Shown here piece after piece: positions 19,719-29,402 of a stretch of DNA of 64,000 bases (the stretch's first letter is position 1; the number at the start of each line of letters is the position of its first letter). Made by a program: the position numbers and the translations under genes. Location of the stretch: NCBI GenBank assembly GCA_964620905.1, contig CAZUKA010000001.1, positions 455,646 through 519,645 of the forward strand, given 5' to 3'. The notes under the pieces were generated by a model, which was not told the DNA's origin, searched no databases, and saw only the letters and a list, made by a program, of their open reading frames with translations. This DNA is from an uncultured Gammaproteobacteria bacterium (GTDB taxonomy: Bacteria; Patescibacteriota; Patescibacteriia; S139-126).

Positions 19719-21980
19719 ATGTCCAAAAAAGTCATTATAGTCGAATCCCCGACCAAAGCCAAAACCATCAATAAATTTCTAGGTAAAAACTATTTGGTTT
19801 TGTCTTCTTATGGTCATATTAGGGATTTGCCCAAAGGCAAGTTGGGTATTGATATTGAACATAATTTCACTCCAACTTATGTAATCCCTCGGGACAAACA
19901 AAAAAATGTCACAGCTTTAAAAAAACAAACCCAATCGGCAGAAGAAATATATTTTGCTACTGACGAAGATCGCGAAGGCGAAGCTATTGCTTGGCATTTG
20001 ACCAATATAATTGATATTGATGCCAATCAAGCTAAAAGAATTGTTTTTCATGAAATAACTGAAGAAGCCATTAAAACCGCTCTACAAAATCCTCGCTCCA
20101 TTGATTTGCATCTAGTCAATGCCCAACAAGCTAGAAGGATTCTCGACCGCTTAGTTGGCTATAAACTTTCACCTTTTTTATGGAAAAAAGTAGCCCGGGG
20201 TCTTTCCGCCGGCCGAGTACAATCGGTAGCTGTTCGACTGGTAGTTGAACGGGAAAGAGAAATAAATAGTTTTATCCCCCAAGAATACTGGACAATCAAC
20301 GCCGAACTTCTACGACAAAACGAATTACTAACTGCTCGCTTGATAAAAAAGAATGATGTTACTTTGGATAAATTTGCCATTTCTTCCCAAACTGAAGCTG
20401 ATAAAATTATCTCCGACATCAATAGCCATGATTTTATTGTTATCAATATTGATAGTCGTGATATAAATAAAAACCCTTATCCTCCTTTTACCACTTCTAC
20501 TCTTCAACAGACAGCCAATAACCGACTGGGTTTTTCAGCTAAACAAACCATGGTTATTGCCCAACAATTATACGAAGGGGTGAAATTGGGCAATCTGGGA
20601 ACAACCGGTCTAATCACCTATATGCGTACTGATTCCTTGAACCTAGCAGAAAAATTTATTGCTGAAACTGCTGATTATCTGAAAAAAAATTTTGGTGACG
20701 ATCATAGTCAACCAACTCACTTCAAAACCAAAAATAAATCCGCCCAAGAAGCTCACGAAGCTATACGTCCAACCAATGTAAATTATACCCCGGCAAGTAT
20801 TAAAAATTATCTTCAACCCAATCAATATAAACTCTACGAATTAATCTGGGATCGAGCGGTTGCCAGTCAGATGCCACCGGCTAAAATAAAACAAAATAAT
20901 ATTGATATCAAAGCTGGGGAATATGTTTTTCGCGCCAACGGTGCCGTTATTACTTTTGCCGGTTGGCTAAAAATTTATCCTGACAAAATGCAAGAGAATA
21001 TTTTACCAGTTGTCCACGAGGGTGAAAAATTAAATCTAAAAAATCTACTTCCCGAACAACACTTTACCCAACCGCCCGGTCGTTATAGTGAGGCCTCATT
21101 GATTAAAGCTCTGGAAGAAAAAGGTATTGGTCGTCCTTCAACTTATGCCCCAACCATTTCCACTATTATTGACAGAAATTATGTTACTCTCACTGACAAA
21201 AGACTAAGACCAACCGATATTGGTATGGTGGTCAATGATCTATTAACAGAACATTTTACCCAAATTATTGATTATAATTTTACAGCACAAATGGAAAATG
21301 AGCTTGATGAAATCGCGGAAGGCAAACGAGAATGGCCACCGGTGATTATGGACTTTTATGAACCATTTGCCAAAATTCTAGCGGAAAAAGAAGATACTAT
21401 TTCAAAAACAGATATTATGCCCACTAGAGAGCTGGGTATTGACCCTCAAACTAAAAAGCCAGTGAGTGTCAGAGTGGGCAGATTTGGCCCTTATATACAA
21501 CTAGGCACAAAAGATGATGATGAAAAACCAAAATTTGCATCACTGCTTCCGGGACAACTAATGGAAAATATTACCTTAGACGATGCCTTGTCATTACTTT
21601 CCCTACCTCGACTAATTGGTACTGATAAAAACGGACAAGAAATTTTGGCAGGTTTTGGCCGGTTTGGACCTTACTTAAAAGTTGGCAATAGTTTTGTTTC
21701 CATCAAAAACGAAAATCCTTTGACTATTGATCAAGCAACGGCCGAAAATTATTTAGCAATCGCCGCTGAAAAAAAACAAAATAAAACCGTCAAAGAATTT
21801 CCCCATACAGAATTGAAGATACTACGTGGTCGATTTGGCGTTTATCTAACTGATGGTAAAATTAATGCTCGTTTACCAAAAGAAAAAGATCCCCAAAAAC
21901 TCACCTTGGCCGAATGTCAGGAATTGATTGAAACTGCGGCCACTAAACCCAAAATCAAAAAACGACGGAAAAAATCTTGA
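19719..21980 (+). CDS. topA: DNA topoisomerase I with C-terminal GRFGPY-type repeats (no Zn ribbons)
   Basis: IVESPTKAKTI, ATDEDREGEAI, SAGRVQS, ITYMRTDS, AHEAIRPT, GIGRPSTYA. Confidence 0.98.
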   Translation: MSKKVIIVESPTKAKTINKFLGKNYLVLSSYGHIRDLPKGKLGIDIEHNFTPTYVIPRDKQKNVTALKKQTQSAEEIYFATDEDREGEAIAWHLTNIIDIDANQAKRIVFHEITEEAIKTALQNPRSIDLHLVNAQQARRILDRLVGYKLSPFLWKKVARGLSAGRVQSVAVRLVVEREREINSFIPQEYWTINAELLRQNELLTARLIKKNDVTLDKFAISSQTEADKIISDINSHDFIVINIDSRDINKNPYPPFTTSTLQQTANNRLGFSAKQTMVIAQQLYEGVKLGNLGTTGLITYMRTDSLNLAEKFIAETADYLKKNFGDDHSQPTHFKTKNKSAQEAHEAIRPTNVNYTPASIKNYLQPNQYKLYELIWDRAVASQMPPAKIKQNNIDIKAGEYVFRANGAVITFAGWLKIYPDKMQENILPVVHEGEKLNLKNLLPEQHFTQPPGRYSEASLIKALEEKGIGRPSTYAPTISTIIDRNYVTLTDKRLRPTDIGMVVNDLLTEHFTQIIDYNFTAQMENELDEIAEGKREWPPVIMDFYEPFAKILAEKEDTISKTDIMPTRELGIDPQTKKPVSVRVGRFGPYIQLGTKDDDEKPKFASLLPGQLMENITLDDALSLLSLPRLIGTDKNGQEILAGFGRFGPYLKVGNSFVSIKNENPLTIDQATAENYLAIAAEKKQNKTVKEFPHTELKILRGRFGVYLTDGKINARLPKEKDPQKLTLAECQELIETAATKPKIKKRRKKS

Positions 21981-22040
21981 CGAACAAACATTTTTAATCT
22001 ACAATAAAGCAACTGTATTATTATTAGTCCAAGTTAATTT

Positions 22041-22274
22041 ATGTCCAAAAAATGTTCCCTCACTGGAAAAAAAGCTCTAAGCGGACACAATGTTTCCCAT
22101 AGCAACCGCAAAACCAAACGCAAATTCAATGTCAATTTGCAAACCCGCCGACTACTAAACCCAGCAACCGGTACTTACATACGAGTTAAGCTTTCCAACC
22201 ACGCTTTGAAGACCTTAGCTAAATGGCGACAACAAGGGAAAGTTTATGATTTGCGCAAGTTGGTAGCTAAATAG
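22041..22274 (+). CDS. rpmB: 50S ribosomal protein bL28
   Basis: MSKKCSLTGK..GHNVSHSNRKTKRKFNVNLQ. Confidence 0.96.
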   Translation: MSKKCSLTGKKALSGHNVSHSNRKTKRKFNVNLQTRRLLNPATGTYIRVKLSNHALKTLAKWRQQGKVYDLRKLVAK

Positions 22275-22295
22275 AGTATCTCAAAAAACCATTCC

Positions 22296-22331
22296 ACTAA
22301 CCCCCCAATCCATTTGGGGGTTAGTTTTTTT
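22296..22331 (+). terminator. Intrinsic terminator after rpmB
   Basis: ACTAACCCCC..GGGGGTTAGT followed by a T-run. Confidence 0.8.
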
Positions 22332-22455
22332 GTATTTATTTTTAAAATTAATTAATTATAATACTTTTATTTTTTGGTTAAATTAGACTAGATTTTCTTA
22401 AAATAATTGCTTTTTCTCAAAATTATTGTATGATGAAACCACTAAACTTACTCTT

Positions 22456-23964
22456 ATGAATTTCTTTGGCTTAACTGAAAAAAATCAAGAGGTAGCAAAA
22501 CTAGATATAGAAAAATTGATTGAACAAGTAAAAAGTTATTTACCGCCAGATGAAGATTTTACTATGTTACGTTTGGCTTATGATTTTGCTGCCGATGCTC
22601 ATGCCAAACAAACCCGCGCATCAGGTGATGCTTATATCACTCACCCCTTGGCCACGGCCTATAATTTAGTAGAAATGAAAGCTGATCTACCCACCTTGCT
22701 GGCTGGTTTACTTCACGATGTACCGGAAGACACGGCAGTAAATTTAGCTGAAGTAGAAAAAAATTTTGGTAAAGAAGTGGCCAAACTGGTCAGTGGAATT
22801 ACCAAGTTGGGACGTTTAAAATATCGAGGTATTGAGAGATACGCTGAAAACTTGCGAAAAATGTTCATCGCCATGGCCAAAGATATTCGCGTAATATTTA
22901 TAAAATTTGCCGATCGCTTACATAATTTGGCTACTATCAACTACCTACCTACTGAAAAACAAAAAAGAATTGCCTTAGAAACATTGGAAATTTACGCGCC
23001 CATTGCTGATCGACTAGGTATGGGTGAAATAAAACACAAATTGGAAGATTTTTCTTTTGCCATTTTACAGCCAGCCGAATATGACTGGGTAATGTCCTTA
23101 CGCCAAGAGCCGTTGTCCAGACAAATGAAAAACTTGGAAAAAATTAAAAAAATTTTAGAAGAACATCTGCACCAAGAAAATATCAGCTATATTTCAATCC
23201 ACGGTCGGACCAAAAGAATATATAGCTTGTATCGAAAATTATTACAAAAAGATCGAGACATCAATCGCATTTATGACTTGATTGCCTTGCGTGTTATTGT
23301 TCCCAATATCCAAAGTTGTTATACCACCATTGGTATTATTCATAGCATTTGGCCACCACTCAAGGGTCGTATTAAAGATTATATTGCCACCCCCAAACCA
23401 AACGGTTACCAATCAATCCACACTACTGTCTTTGCCACTGAAGGACAAATTGTTGAATTTCAAATTCGTACCCAAGAAATGCACGAACAAGCTGAATTCG
23501 GTATTGCTGCTCACTGGCACTACAAGCAAAAGGGTTCGTTGCAACTACCAGCAAAACAGCAACACTGGATTAAAGAATTGGTCAATATACAAAAAAAAGT
23601 CAAAGACAATGATCAATATTTACAACAAATAAAACTAGACATATTTAGAGATCTAATTTTTATCTTTACCCCCAAAGGCGATGTCATAGAATTGCCAGAA
23701 GGAGCTACACCTATTGATTTTGCATATCACATTCATTCTGATTTAGGCAACAAATGTATCGGAGCTAAAATCAATGAACAAATTGCCCCCCTGGATACTA
23801 AATTATTGTCCGGTGATATGGTAGAAATTATGATTGATAAAAATCGAAAAAAACCAAATGAAGACTGGTTGAAAATCGTTAAAACCAAAAGTGCCAGAGA
23901 ACATATTCGTCAAGCTCTAAACAAAGACAATATTTCCCGCTGGCACTTAAAATCACCATTTTAG
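22456..23964 (+). CDS. rel: RelA/SpoT (p)ppGpp synthetase/hydrolase (HD + synthetase + TGS, no ACT)
   Basis: YITHP, LLHDVPEDT, KFADRLHN, YQSIHT, EFQIRT, AAHWHYK, TPIDFAYHIH. Confidence 0.93.
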   Translation: MNFFGLTEKNQEVAKLDIEKLIEQVKSYLPPDEDFTMLRLAYDFAADAHAKQTRASGDAYITHPLATAYNLVEMKADLPTLLAGLLHDVPEDTAVNLAEVEKNFGKEVAKLVSGITKLGRLKYRGIERYAENLRKMFIAMAKDIRVIFIKFADRLHNLATINYLPTEKQKRIALETLEIYAPIADRLGMGEIKHKLEDFSFAILQPAEYDWVMSLRQEPLSRQMKNLEKIKKILEEHLHQENISYISIHGRTKRIYSLYRKLLQKDRDINRIYDLIALRVIVPNIQSCYTTIGIIHSIWPPLKGRIKDYIATPKPNGYQSIHTTVFATEGQIVEFQIRTQEMHEQAEFGIAAHWHYKQKGSLQLPAKQQHWIKELVNIQKKVKDNDQYLQQIKLDIFRDLIFIFTPKGDVIELPEGATPIDFAYHIHSDLGNKCIGAKINEQIAPLDTKLLSGDMVEIMIDKNRKKPNEDWLKIVKTKSAREHIRQALNKDNISRWHLKSPF

Positions 23965-24038
23965 AATATAGAATATGGTATATAGATTTTAGAATTTTAT
24001 TCTAAATTCAAGACTCAATATTCAAGATTCTAGAACAA

Positions 24039-24947
24039 TCACATCCCTAACCTGTCAATCAGATTATTTAACTCCTCATCGGAATAATACTCAATCTCAA
24101 CTACTCCACCCTGTTTTTTGGGTTTGATATAAACCTTAGTTTTGAATACCTGTCTTAACTCATCCTGTAAAGACTGCAACCGCTCATCTAAAACTTTTGG
24201 TGGTTTATTTTTACCTTTGCGGACGGCAATATTTTTTTCTACTTCTCTAACTGATATATTACTTTCCGCTACGCGTCGTGCCATCAATATCTGTTCTTGA
24301 GGAGTAGATAATTCCAAAATTACTTTGGCATGTCCTTCGGATAAACGACCATTGCCCAAAAGCGCTTGCACTTCTGCTGGTAAATTCAAAAGTCGTAAAG
24401 AGTTGGCAATCTTGGAACGAGATTTACCAACTTTCTTGGCTAGACTTTCTTGAGTCAAACCAAACTCGTCAATCAATTTTTTGTAGGCATTAGCCTCTTC
24501 CAATGGTGTTAGATCGCGACGTTGTACGTTTTCAATCAAAGATATTTCCAAACGTTGCTGCTCTGATACTGACCGGATCATCACCGGGACTGATTTTAAA
24601 TTCAATATTTTTGCCGCTCGCAAACGTCGTTCACCCGCCACCAATTTAAAATTTCCCCCAGATAAAGGTGAAACAATCAACGGTTCTATAATACCAAACT
24701 CTTTAATGGAATTTATCAACTCTTCTAATGCTGTATGCTCAAACAATTGGCGGGGTTGAAAATGAGAAGTTACTATTTTACCCGGATCGATATATTCTAT
24801 TTTTTGCCGAATGGTGATTTGATCAGAACTGATATCAGCTAAATTATCAATTTGATCATCACTTACAAAATCGGTTGTCTGCTCAGAATTATTACTCACT
24901 GGAATCAGAGAACCAAGTCCTCGGCCTAAACCAAATTTATTTGCCAT
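24039..24947 (-). CDS. parB: Chromosome partitioning protein ParB/Spo0J
   Basis: GLGRGLGSLI, QPRQ.F, VAGERRLRAA, LIENVQRRDL, HTH region, LSEGHAK. Confidence 0.97.
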   Translation of the reverse strand: MANKFGLGRGLGSLIPVSNNSEQTTDFVSDDQIDNLADISSDQITIRQKIEYIDPGKIVTSHFQPRQLFEHTALEELINSIKEFGIIEPLIVSPLSGGNFKLVAGERRLRAAKILNLKSVPVMIRSVSEQQRLEISLIENVQRRDLTPLEEANAYKKLIDEFGLTQESLAKKVGKSRSKIANSLRLLNLPAEVQALLGNGRLSEGHAKVILELSTPQEQILMARRVAESNISVREVEKNIAVRKGKNKPPKVLDERLQSLQDELRQVFKTKVYIKPKKQGGVVEIEYYSDEELNNLIDRLGM

Positions 24948-24950
24948 ATA

Positions 24951-25712
24951 TTAGTTGGAATTTAATATTTCTTGAGCCAAATTTTCATAAGCGCGACTAC
25001 CGCTGGAACTTTTATCATAGAAAGCGATCGGCAAGCCGTGCGAAGGCGCTTCCGCTAGCCTGACACTACGCGGGATCACGGATTTGAAAATTCGATTGGG
25101 GAAATACTGGTACAATTCGTTCAATACCGACTGCGATAAACGGTTACGTCTATCATACATAGTAACCACTGCACCTAAAATCTGCAACTCTGGATGTAAG
25201 TGTGCCTGTACCAGACTAATAGTCTTTAAAAGCTGCCCTAAGCCCTCCAAAGCATAATACTCTGCTTGTACTGGAATCAACACTTGATCAGCCGCTACCA
25301 ACCCATTGATAGTCAACAGTCCCAAAGATGGTGGGCTATCAATAATTACATAATCATATTTTTGTTTAGCTTCCAACAACAATTGGCGTAAACGATACTC
25401 ACGTTGCGATACTCCCACCAACTCAATAGCCGCGCCAGCTAAACTACTGTTGGCAGGCGCTACGTGTAAACCGTCAACATTGGAATTACGAATTATTTTT
25501 GGAAATTTTTCCGGTGCCACTAAAGCATGGTAAATATGTTCATCAAATTCGCGCAAAACTATTCCTAAACCAGATGAAGCGTTACCTTGTGGGTCAATAT
25601 CAACCAGTAACACTCGTTTACCAAGTAAAGTCAGAAAGGCAGCTAAATTAACGGAAGTTGTGGTTTTTCCCACTCCGCCTTTTTGATTGACTAATGCAAT
25701 TATTTTTCCCAT
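24951..25712 (-). CDS. parA: ParA/Soj ATPase
   Basis: NQKGGVGKTTT, DIDPQGNAS, IDSPPSLG, PVQAEYYALEG, LAEAPSHG. Confidence 0.97.
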   Translation of the reverse strand: MGKIIALVNQKGGVGKTTTSVNLAAFLTLLGKRVLLVDIDPQGNASSGLGIVLREFDEHIYHALVAPEKFPKIIRNSNVDGLHVAPANSSLAGAAIELVGVSQREYRLRQLLLEAKQKYDYVIIDSPPSLGLLTINGLVAADQVLIPVQAEYYALEGLGQLLKTISLVQAHLHPELQILGAVVTMYDRRNRLSQSVLNELYQYFPNRIFKSVIPRSVRLAEAPSHGLPIAFYDKSSSGSRAYENLAQEILNSN

Positions 25713-25841
25713 AACATTTTTTATCAGATAATATTATTATACAATTTTTATAAGATTTCACCAAGAAATAAATTGACAAAAATACTAATTTCCGTTATTT
25801 TAATAAATACGCAAACAACTTTCTTTAATAAATAATAACTA

Positions 25842-25928
25842 GCCGCGGTGGTGGAATTGGTAGACACGCAGGTCTCAAAAACCTGTGGGCGCAAGCTCAT
25901 GAGAGTTCGATTCTCTCCCGCGGCACCA
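25842..25928 (+). tRNA. tRNA-Leu(CAA)
   Basis: GCCGCGG acceptor, CAGGT-CT-CAA-AA-ACCTG, long variable arm, TTCGA T-loop, CCA end; promoter TTGACA at 25773. Confidence 0.95.
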
Positions 25929-26045
25929 TTAATTAATATTAAGTATTTAATACTGGTATAAAGGTATATTAAAACTATCTTGAATAATTAATATAAATAA
26001 GATATAATCTGTAAGCGTATCTTGAAATTATTTATTAATAATCGA

Positions 26046-26121
26046 CGCGGGGTAGAGCAGTTGGCAGCTCGCCAGGCCCATAACCTGGAGGTCGCTGGTT
26101 CGAGTCCAGCCCCCGCTACCA
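26046..26121 (+). tRNA. Initiator tRNA-fMet(CAT)
   Basis: C1:U72 mismatch, A11-U24, CGCGGGG start, CAT anticodon, CCA end. Confidence 0.92.
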
Positions 26122-26212
26122 AATTAGAATTAAGTATTAAGCTTTAATAAAAAATACTTTTATTTAATTTTGATACTTTATACTTAATACCATATACTTA
26201 ATATTACTTTGG

Positions 26213-26289
26213 GGCAGGGTAGCTCAGTTGGTTAGAGCGAGGGAATCATAACCCCTAGGTCGGCGGTTCAACTCCGCCCCCTGTCACCA
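26213..26289 (+). tRNA. tRNA(CAT), probably elongator Met
   Basis: GGCAGGG/CCCTGTC acceptor, AGGGA-AT-CAT-AA-CCCCT, CCA end; Ile2 identity not excluded. Confidence 0.88.
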
Positions 26290-26362
26290 TTTTAGAATCT
26301 TGAATCTTGAATTTAGAATATAGAATTAAATTTTGAATTTTGAATTTTAAATTAATTTTCCC

Positions 26363-26851
26363 ATGTTCCTAATCGTGCATACTGCTGCTGCCACAGTAAT
26401 ATCACAGCAAACAGCAAACCCAATGCTGATTTTTTTATTGTCTTTTTTTTCCCACTTTGTACTTGATTTTATCCCCCATGGTGATGAAAAATTGACTGAC
26501 AAAACTAAACCAAAAAATGTCCAATTTCGTAAACTTTTTTGGGCTGCCACAGCAGATAGTTTTTTGATCTTTTTATTTTCCATTTATTATTTACTTACTT
26601 TTGCTCCAGCTAATTTTGGCCTATTTTTTGTCGCTTTAGGAGGAGGAATACTACCTGATTTAATTTCTGGATTAAGTTTTGTGCTTAACGGCCGATTCAA
26701 TAAAAACTATCCTTACTTAGCTAAATTTCAAAATATTCACAAAACTGTCCATACTTTCTTTGAAAGAAAACTAAACTTTCTTATCCCCCTCAAATACGGT
26801 CTTATCTGGCAGGGCTTTTTCTTTTTGCTGTTTGTCAGCTTATTGAAATAA
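26363..26851 (+). CDS. Membrane protein, possibly metal-dependent hydrolase-like
   Basis: Several TM segments with conserved-looking H, SHFVLDFIPHGD, LPD, H..VH motifs. Confidence 0.65.
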   Translation: MFLIVHTAAATVISQQTANPMLIFLLSFFSHFVLDFIPHGDEKLTDKTKPKNVQFRKLFWAATADSFLIFLFSIYYLLTFAPANFGLFFVALGGGILPDLISGLSFVLNGRFNKNYPYLAKFQNIHKTVHTFFERKLNFLIPLKYGLIWQGFFFLLFVSLLK

Positions 26852-26944
26852 TAGGAATTATTATTTAATTACTAACGATTAATAACTAATGAATTATTAA
26901 TTAATTAATTTTCAAATTAACTCATTGATTAGTAATTAGTTTTT

Positions 26945-26976
26945 AAAAACTCCCGCCATATTGGCGGAAGTTTTTA
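26945..26976. terminator. Bidirectional terminator between convergent genes
   Basis: AAAAACT-CCCGCCA-TAT-TGGCGGA-AGTTTTT. Confidence 0.75.
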
Positions 26977-27016
26977 TTTAAAATAACTCCAGCTTCTAAA
27001 TTCTAGATTCTAGATT

Positions 27017-28135
27017 CTAATCCACTTTTCCCTGAAACCATACTCCCCAACCAACTACCAAAACTGTCTGCTTAATTTTATGCCAAACAACCTGCAAATG
27101 ACGTGGGTTATTTTTTTTGGTATAAACAGCTATTTTTGGCTTAACTATTTTATTTTGTAAATTGATTGTTTTGCTAACTGAATCATTATTACCAACCACA
27201 GTTAAATTCATTTCCCCATTACTCAATAAAAAGGCCTGCGTCTGTCCACAAATCCAGCGATTGTTTTGCCAAATACACCCCTTGCCCTTAGCTCGCCAAA
27301 TATATTCAGCCTCAGCTGAACATGTTTCATCGTCAACTGTTCTGACCAAATCTTCTGTACAGTACAAAAAGCCAGAGCTTTCTGTGCGAGTTTGCTCTCG
27401 CTGCACACTATTTATACAAGCACTATCTTGCCAAGCCGAGTACACACAAGCACAACTATTATCTACTTCTATTTGGGTAAAATTTTCCCCACAAGCTAGG
27501 TTGGTATAATAATACTCTACCATTGCCTGTCCATCACTCTGACAAACTCTATTTAATTCTATTGGTTCACATACTAAAACTTCACAACCAAAATTTATTG
27601 CCCGAGGCGTGCCCTGGGCTAACTCACTATTTTGCCAAGCGCTAGTAAGATTACCATCAACCACTGGACACACTCTTTCCATTGTCTGCTTAGTGGTATT
27701 GTCCCCCGCTGGCCACAGGTCAAACACCGCGCTATCAACACTCTGGGCTAAATCATTTTTCAATACTAAATCACTTCCGGTATTACTCAAAGACCCGGTA
27801 TAAATCTGATCCGCTACTACCCCTGGCACGGTGTCATCATCAGTTCGTTCTAATAAAAAATATCCACTAGCCGAAATACTACCAGTCAGATTGATAACAG
27901 TACTTCCCCAGCTCAAACTCCAACCAGTTAAAGCAATTTCCTCACTGGTGGTATTTTTTAGCTCAATCCACTCATCATTGGCGCTGACAGAAGTGCCCAT
28001 CCAAGCAATTTCATTGATCACCACTGGGGGCGCCTCATAAGCCTTGACTGGTGAGGACTTCACCACTCCAAAAAAGAACAAAAAAACCAGCACGGTCAAA
28101 ATAAAACCAGGCTCAAAAATTACTCTCTCCCTCAT
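27017..28135 (-). CDS. Secreted lamin-tail-domain (LTD) protein with Cys-rich repeats
   Basis: Signal peptide (..PVKA); VVINEIAWMGT..DEWIELKN..LTGWSL..GYFLLER..LSNTG..TMER..GTP..N, a typical bacterial LTD. Confidence 0.82.
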   Translation of the reverse strand: MRERVIFEPGFILTVLVFLFFFGVVKSSPVKAYEAPPVVINEIAWMGTSVSANDEWIELKNTTSEEIALTGWSLSWGSTVINLTGSISASGYFLLERTDDDTVPGVVADQIYTGSLSNTGSDLVLKNDLAQSVDSAVFDLWPAGDNTTKQTMERVCPVVDGNLTSAWQNSELAQGTPRAINFGCEVLVCEPIELNRVCQSDGQAMVEYYYTNLACGENFTQIEVDNSCACVYSAWQDSACINSVQREQTRTESSGFLYCTEDLVRTVDDETCSAEAEYIWRAKGKGCIWQNNRWICGQTQAFLLSNGEMNLTVVGNNDSVSKTINLQNKIVKPKIAVYTKKNNPRHLQVVWHKIKQTVLVVGWGVWFQGKVD

Positions 28136-28244
28136 AAATTTTTTTTAATAATTAGCTAATTGCCCTAGGGGCAAATATTTTCCTCGAGTCTAATATAACA
28201 AAAAAAGAAAAATAAGTAAAATTATAAAATTGATCTATAATTTC

Positions 28245-28420
28245 TACCTACCGGCAGGCAGGGCTTCTTCTGAAATCCTCAATCAAGAGACCCTGAATCA
28301 AGTTCAGGGTGACAAAAGTTTAAAAATTATAAAATTAGAGTTTATTTAAAAATTATAAAATTACAAAATTAAATATTGATTTATTATTTACAATTCCTGC
28401 CTGCCGGCAGGCAGGCAGGT
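28245..28420. repeat. Cluster of REP-like palindromes
   Basis: CCTACCGGCAGGCAGG (~28247), GACCCTGAA-TCAAG-TTCAGGGTGAC (28289-28313), CCTGCCTGCCGGCAGGCAGG (28396-28415). Confidence 0.75.
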
Positions 28421-28450
28421 AAAATTTACAATTATTCTATCTCCTAAATC

Positions 28451-29068
28451 CTACTCCACCAATTCCGCTTTCACCACCAACCGATGGGAAGTTGAATAAA
28501 GTGGAGTACATGAAAAAATAGTCAAAGTTGGTTGTTCAGTCGGTTTCAGTATATCCACGCGATCAGGAGTTATTACTTCAATCTCTATCACTCGATAAGT
28601 ATAGTCCTGATCCAACCAACGAACATATATTTCATCACCCACCTCCATTTTATCTATCTCCCAAAAAGTCCTAGGATCCGGTGGTTCATACAGCCAGCGG
28701 TGCGCTGACAAAACTGTATTTGAACCTTTGTCAGGCGTGGAAGTACGGGGTAGATGCCATACACCACGGTTGAGCATCTCGGCTCCACCTTCATAAATTG
28801 CACTATCAACTCCCATTTTTGGTATTACAATCCAGCTGCCTTCACGACTAGCAGACGAAGAAATATAAGCATCTTGATAATCTTTGACTACTTGTTCTTC
28901 ACCTGATGGCAATACTTCAAACTGACCAAAATTACTTCCCGTTCCCTGCCAAATCTGTCCACGCCAAATAACCACCAATCCGACAAAAATCAAAATTATT
29001 CCTAACCATCGCCACCATATGACGTATTTGCCCATTTGTTGTCTAATTTTTTTTAACCATTTTTTCAT
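28451..29068 (-). CDS. Sortase (class D/E-like)
   Basis: N-terminal TM; IVIPKMGV, catalytic His (VLSAHRW), TIFSCTP (Cys), HRLVV (Arg). Confidence 0.92.
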   Translation of the reverse strand: MKKWLKKIRQQMGKYVIWWRWLGIILIFVGLVVIWRGQIWQGTGSNFGQFEVLPSGEEQVVKDYQDAYISSSASREGSWIVIPKMGVDSAIYEGGAEMLNRGVWHLPRTSTPDKGSNTVLSAHRWLYEPPDPRTFWEIDKMEVGDEIYVRWLDQDYTYRVIEIEVITPDRVDILKPTEQPTLTIFSCTPLYSTSHRLVVKAELVE

Positions 29069-29164
29069 AGTATATAAATAGTAAAATAATATAACATTTT
29101 TTACAAATAAATTTTTATTTTATAATTTTATAATTTTTAAATAAATTTTAATTTTTAAATTATT

Positions 29165-29328
29165 CCGACCTTCCGCTTCCTGAAGTGCAAATATTGCCAA
29201 TAAGCGAGTGGGATTTGCCTCTCAACTAGCGAAGCGCTTTTGAGAGGCACACGAGCGTTTGGTAATTTTGCCTGAACGTAAGCGCTGGTCGGCAATTTTT
29301 GCTACTTTTTGTTGTCAAAAAGTAGAAA
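29165..29328. repeat. ~165-bp structured dispersed repeat, copy 1
   Basis: Highly similar to 36020-36184; nested inverted repeats and terminal CTACTTTTT/AAAAAGTAG hairpin. Confidence 0.85.
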
Positions 29329-29402
29329 TAAAATTACTTTAAAACAAAAACTCCCAATTTAATTTAGGAATTTTTGGCTAAAACTAAACAAAAAATCTAG
29401 TA

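Noticed and set aside
22456-23964. Truncated rel pseudogene
   Set aside because: It ends cleanly after TGS with catalytic motifs intact; loss of the ACT region does not imply inactivation.
24039-26350. Replication origin or integrated element near parAB and the tRNA cluster
   Set aside because: No DnaA-box cluster, parS palindrome, integrase or duplicated tRNA 3' end was seen, and there is no evident change in strand composition.
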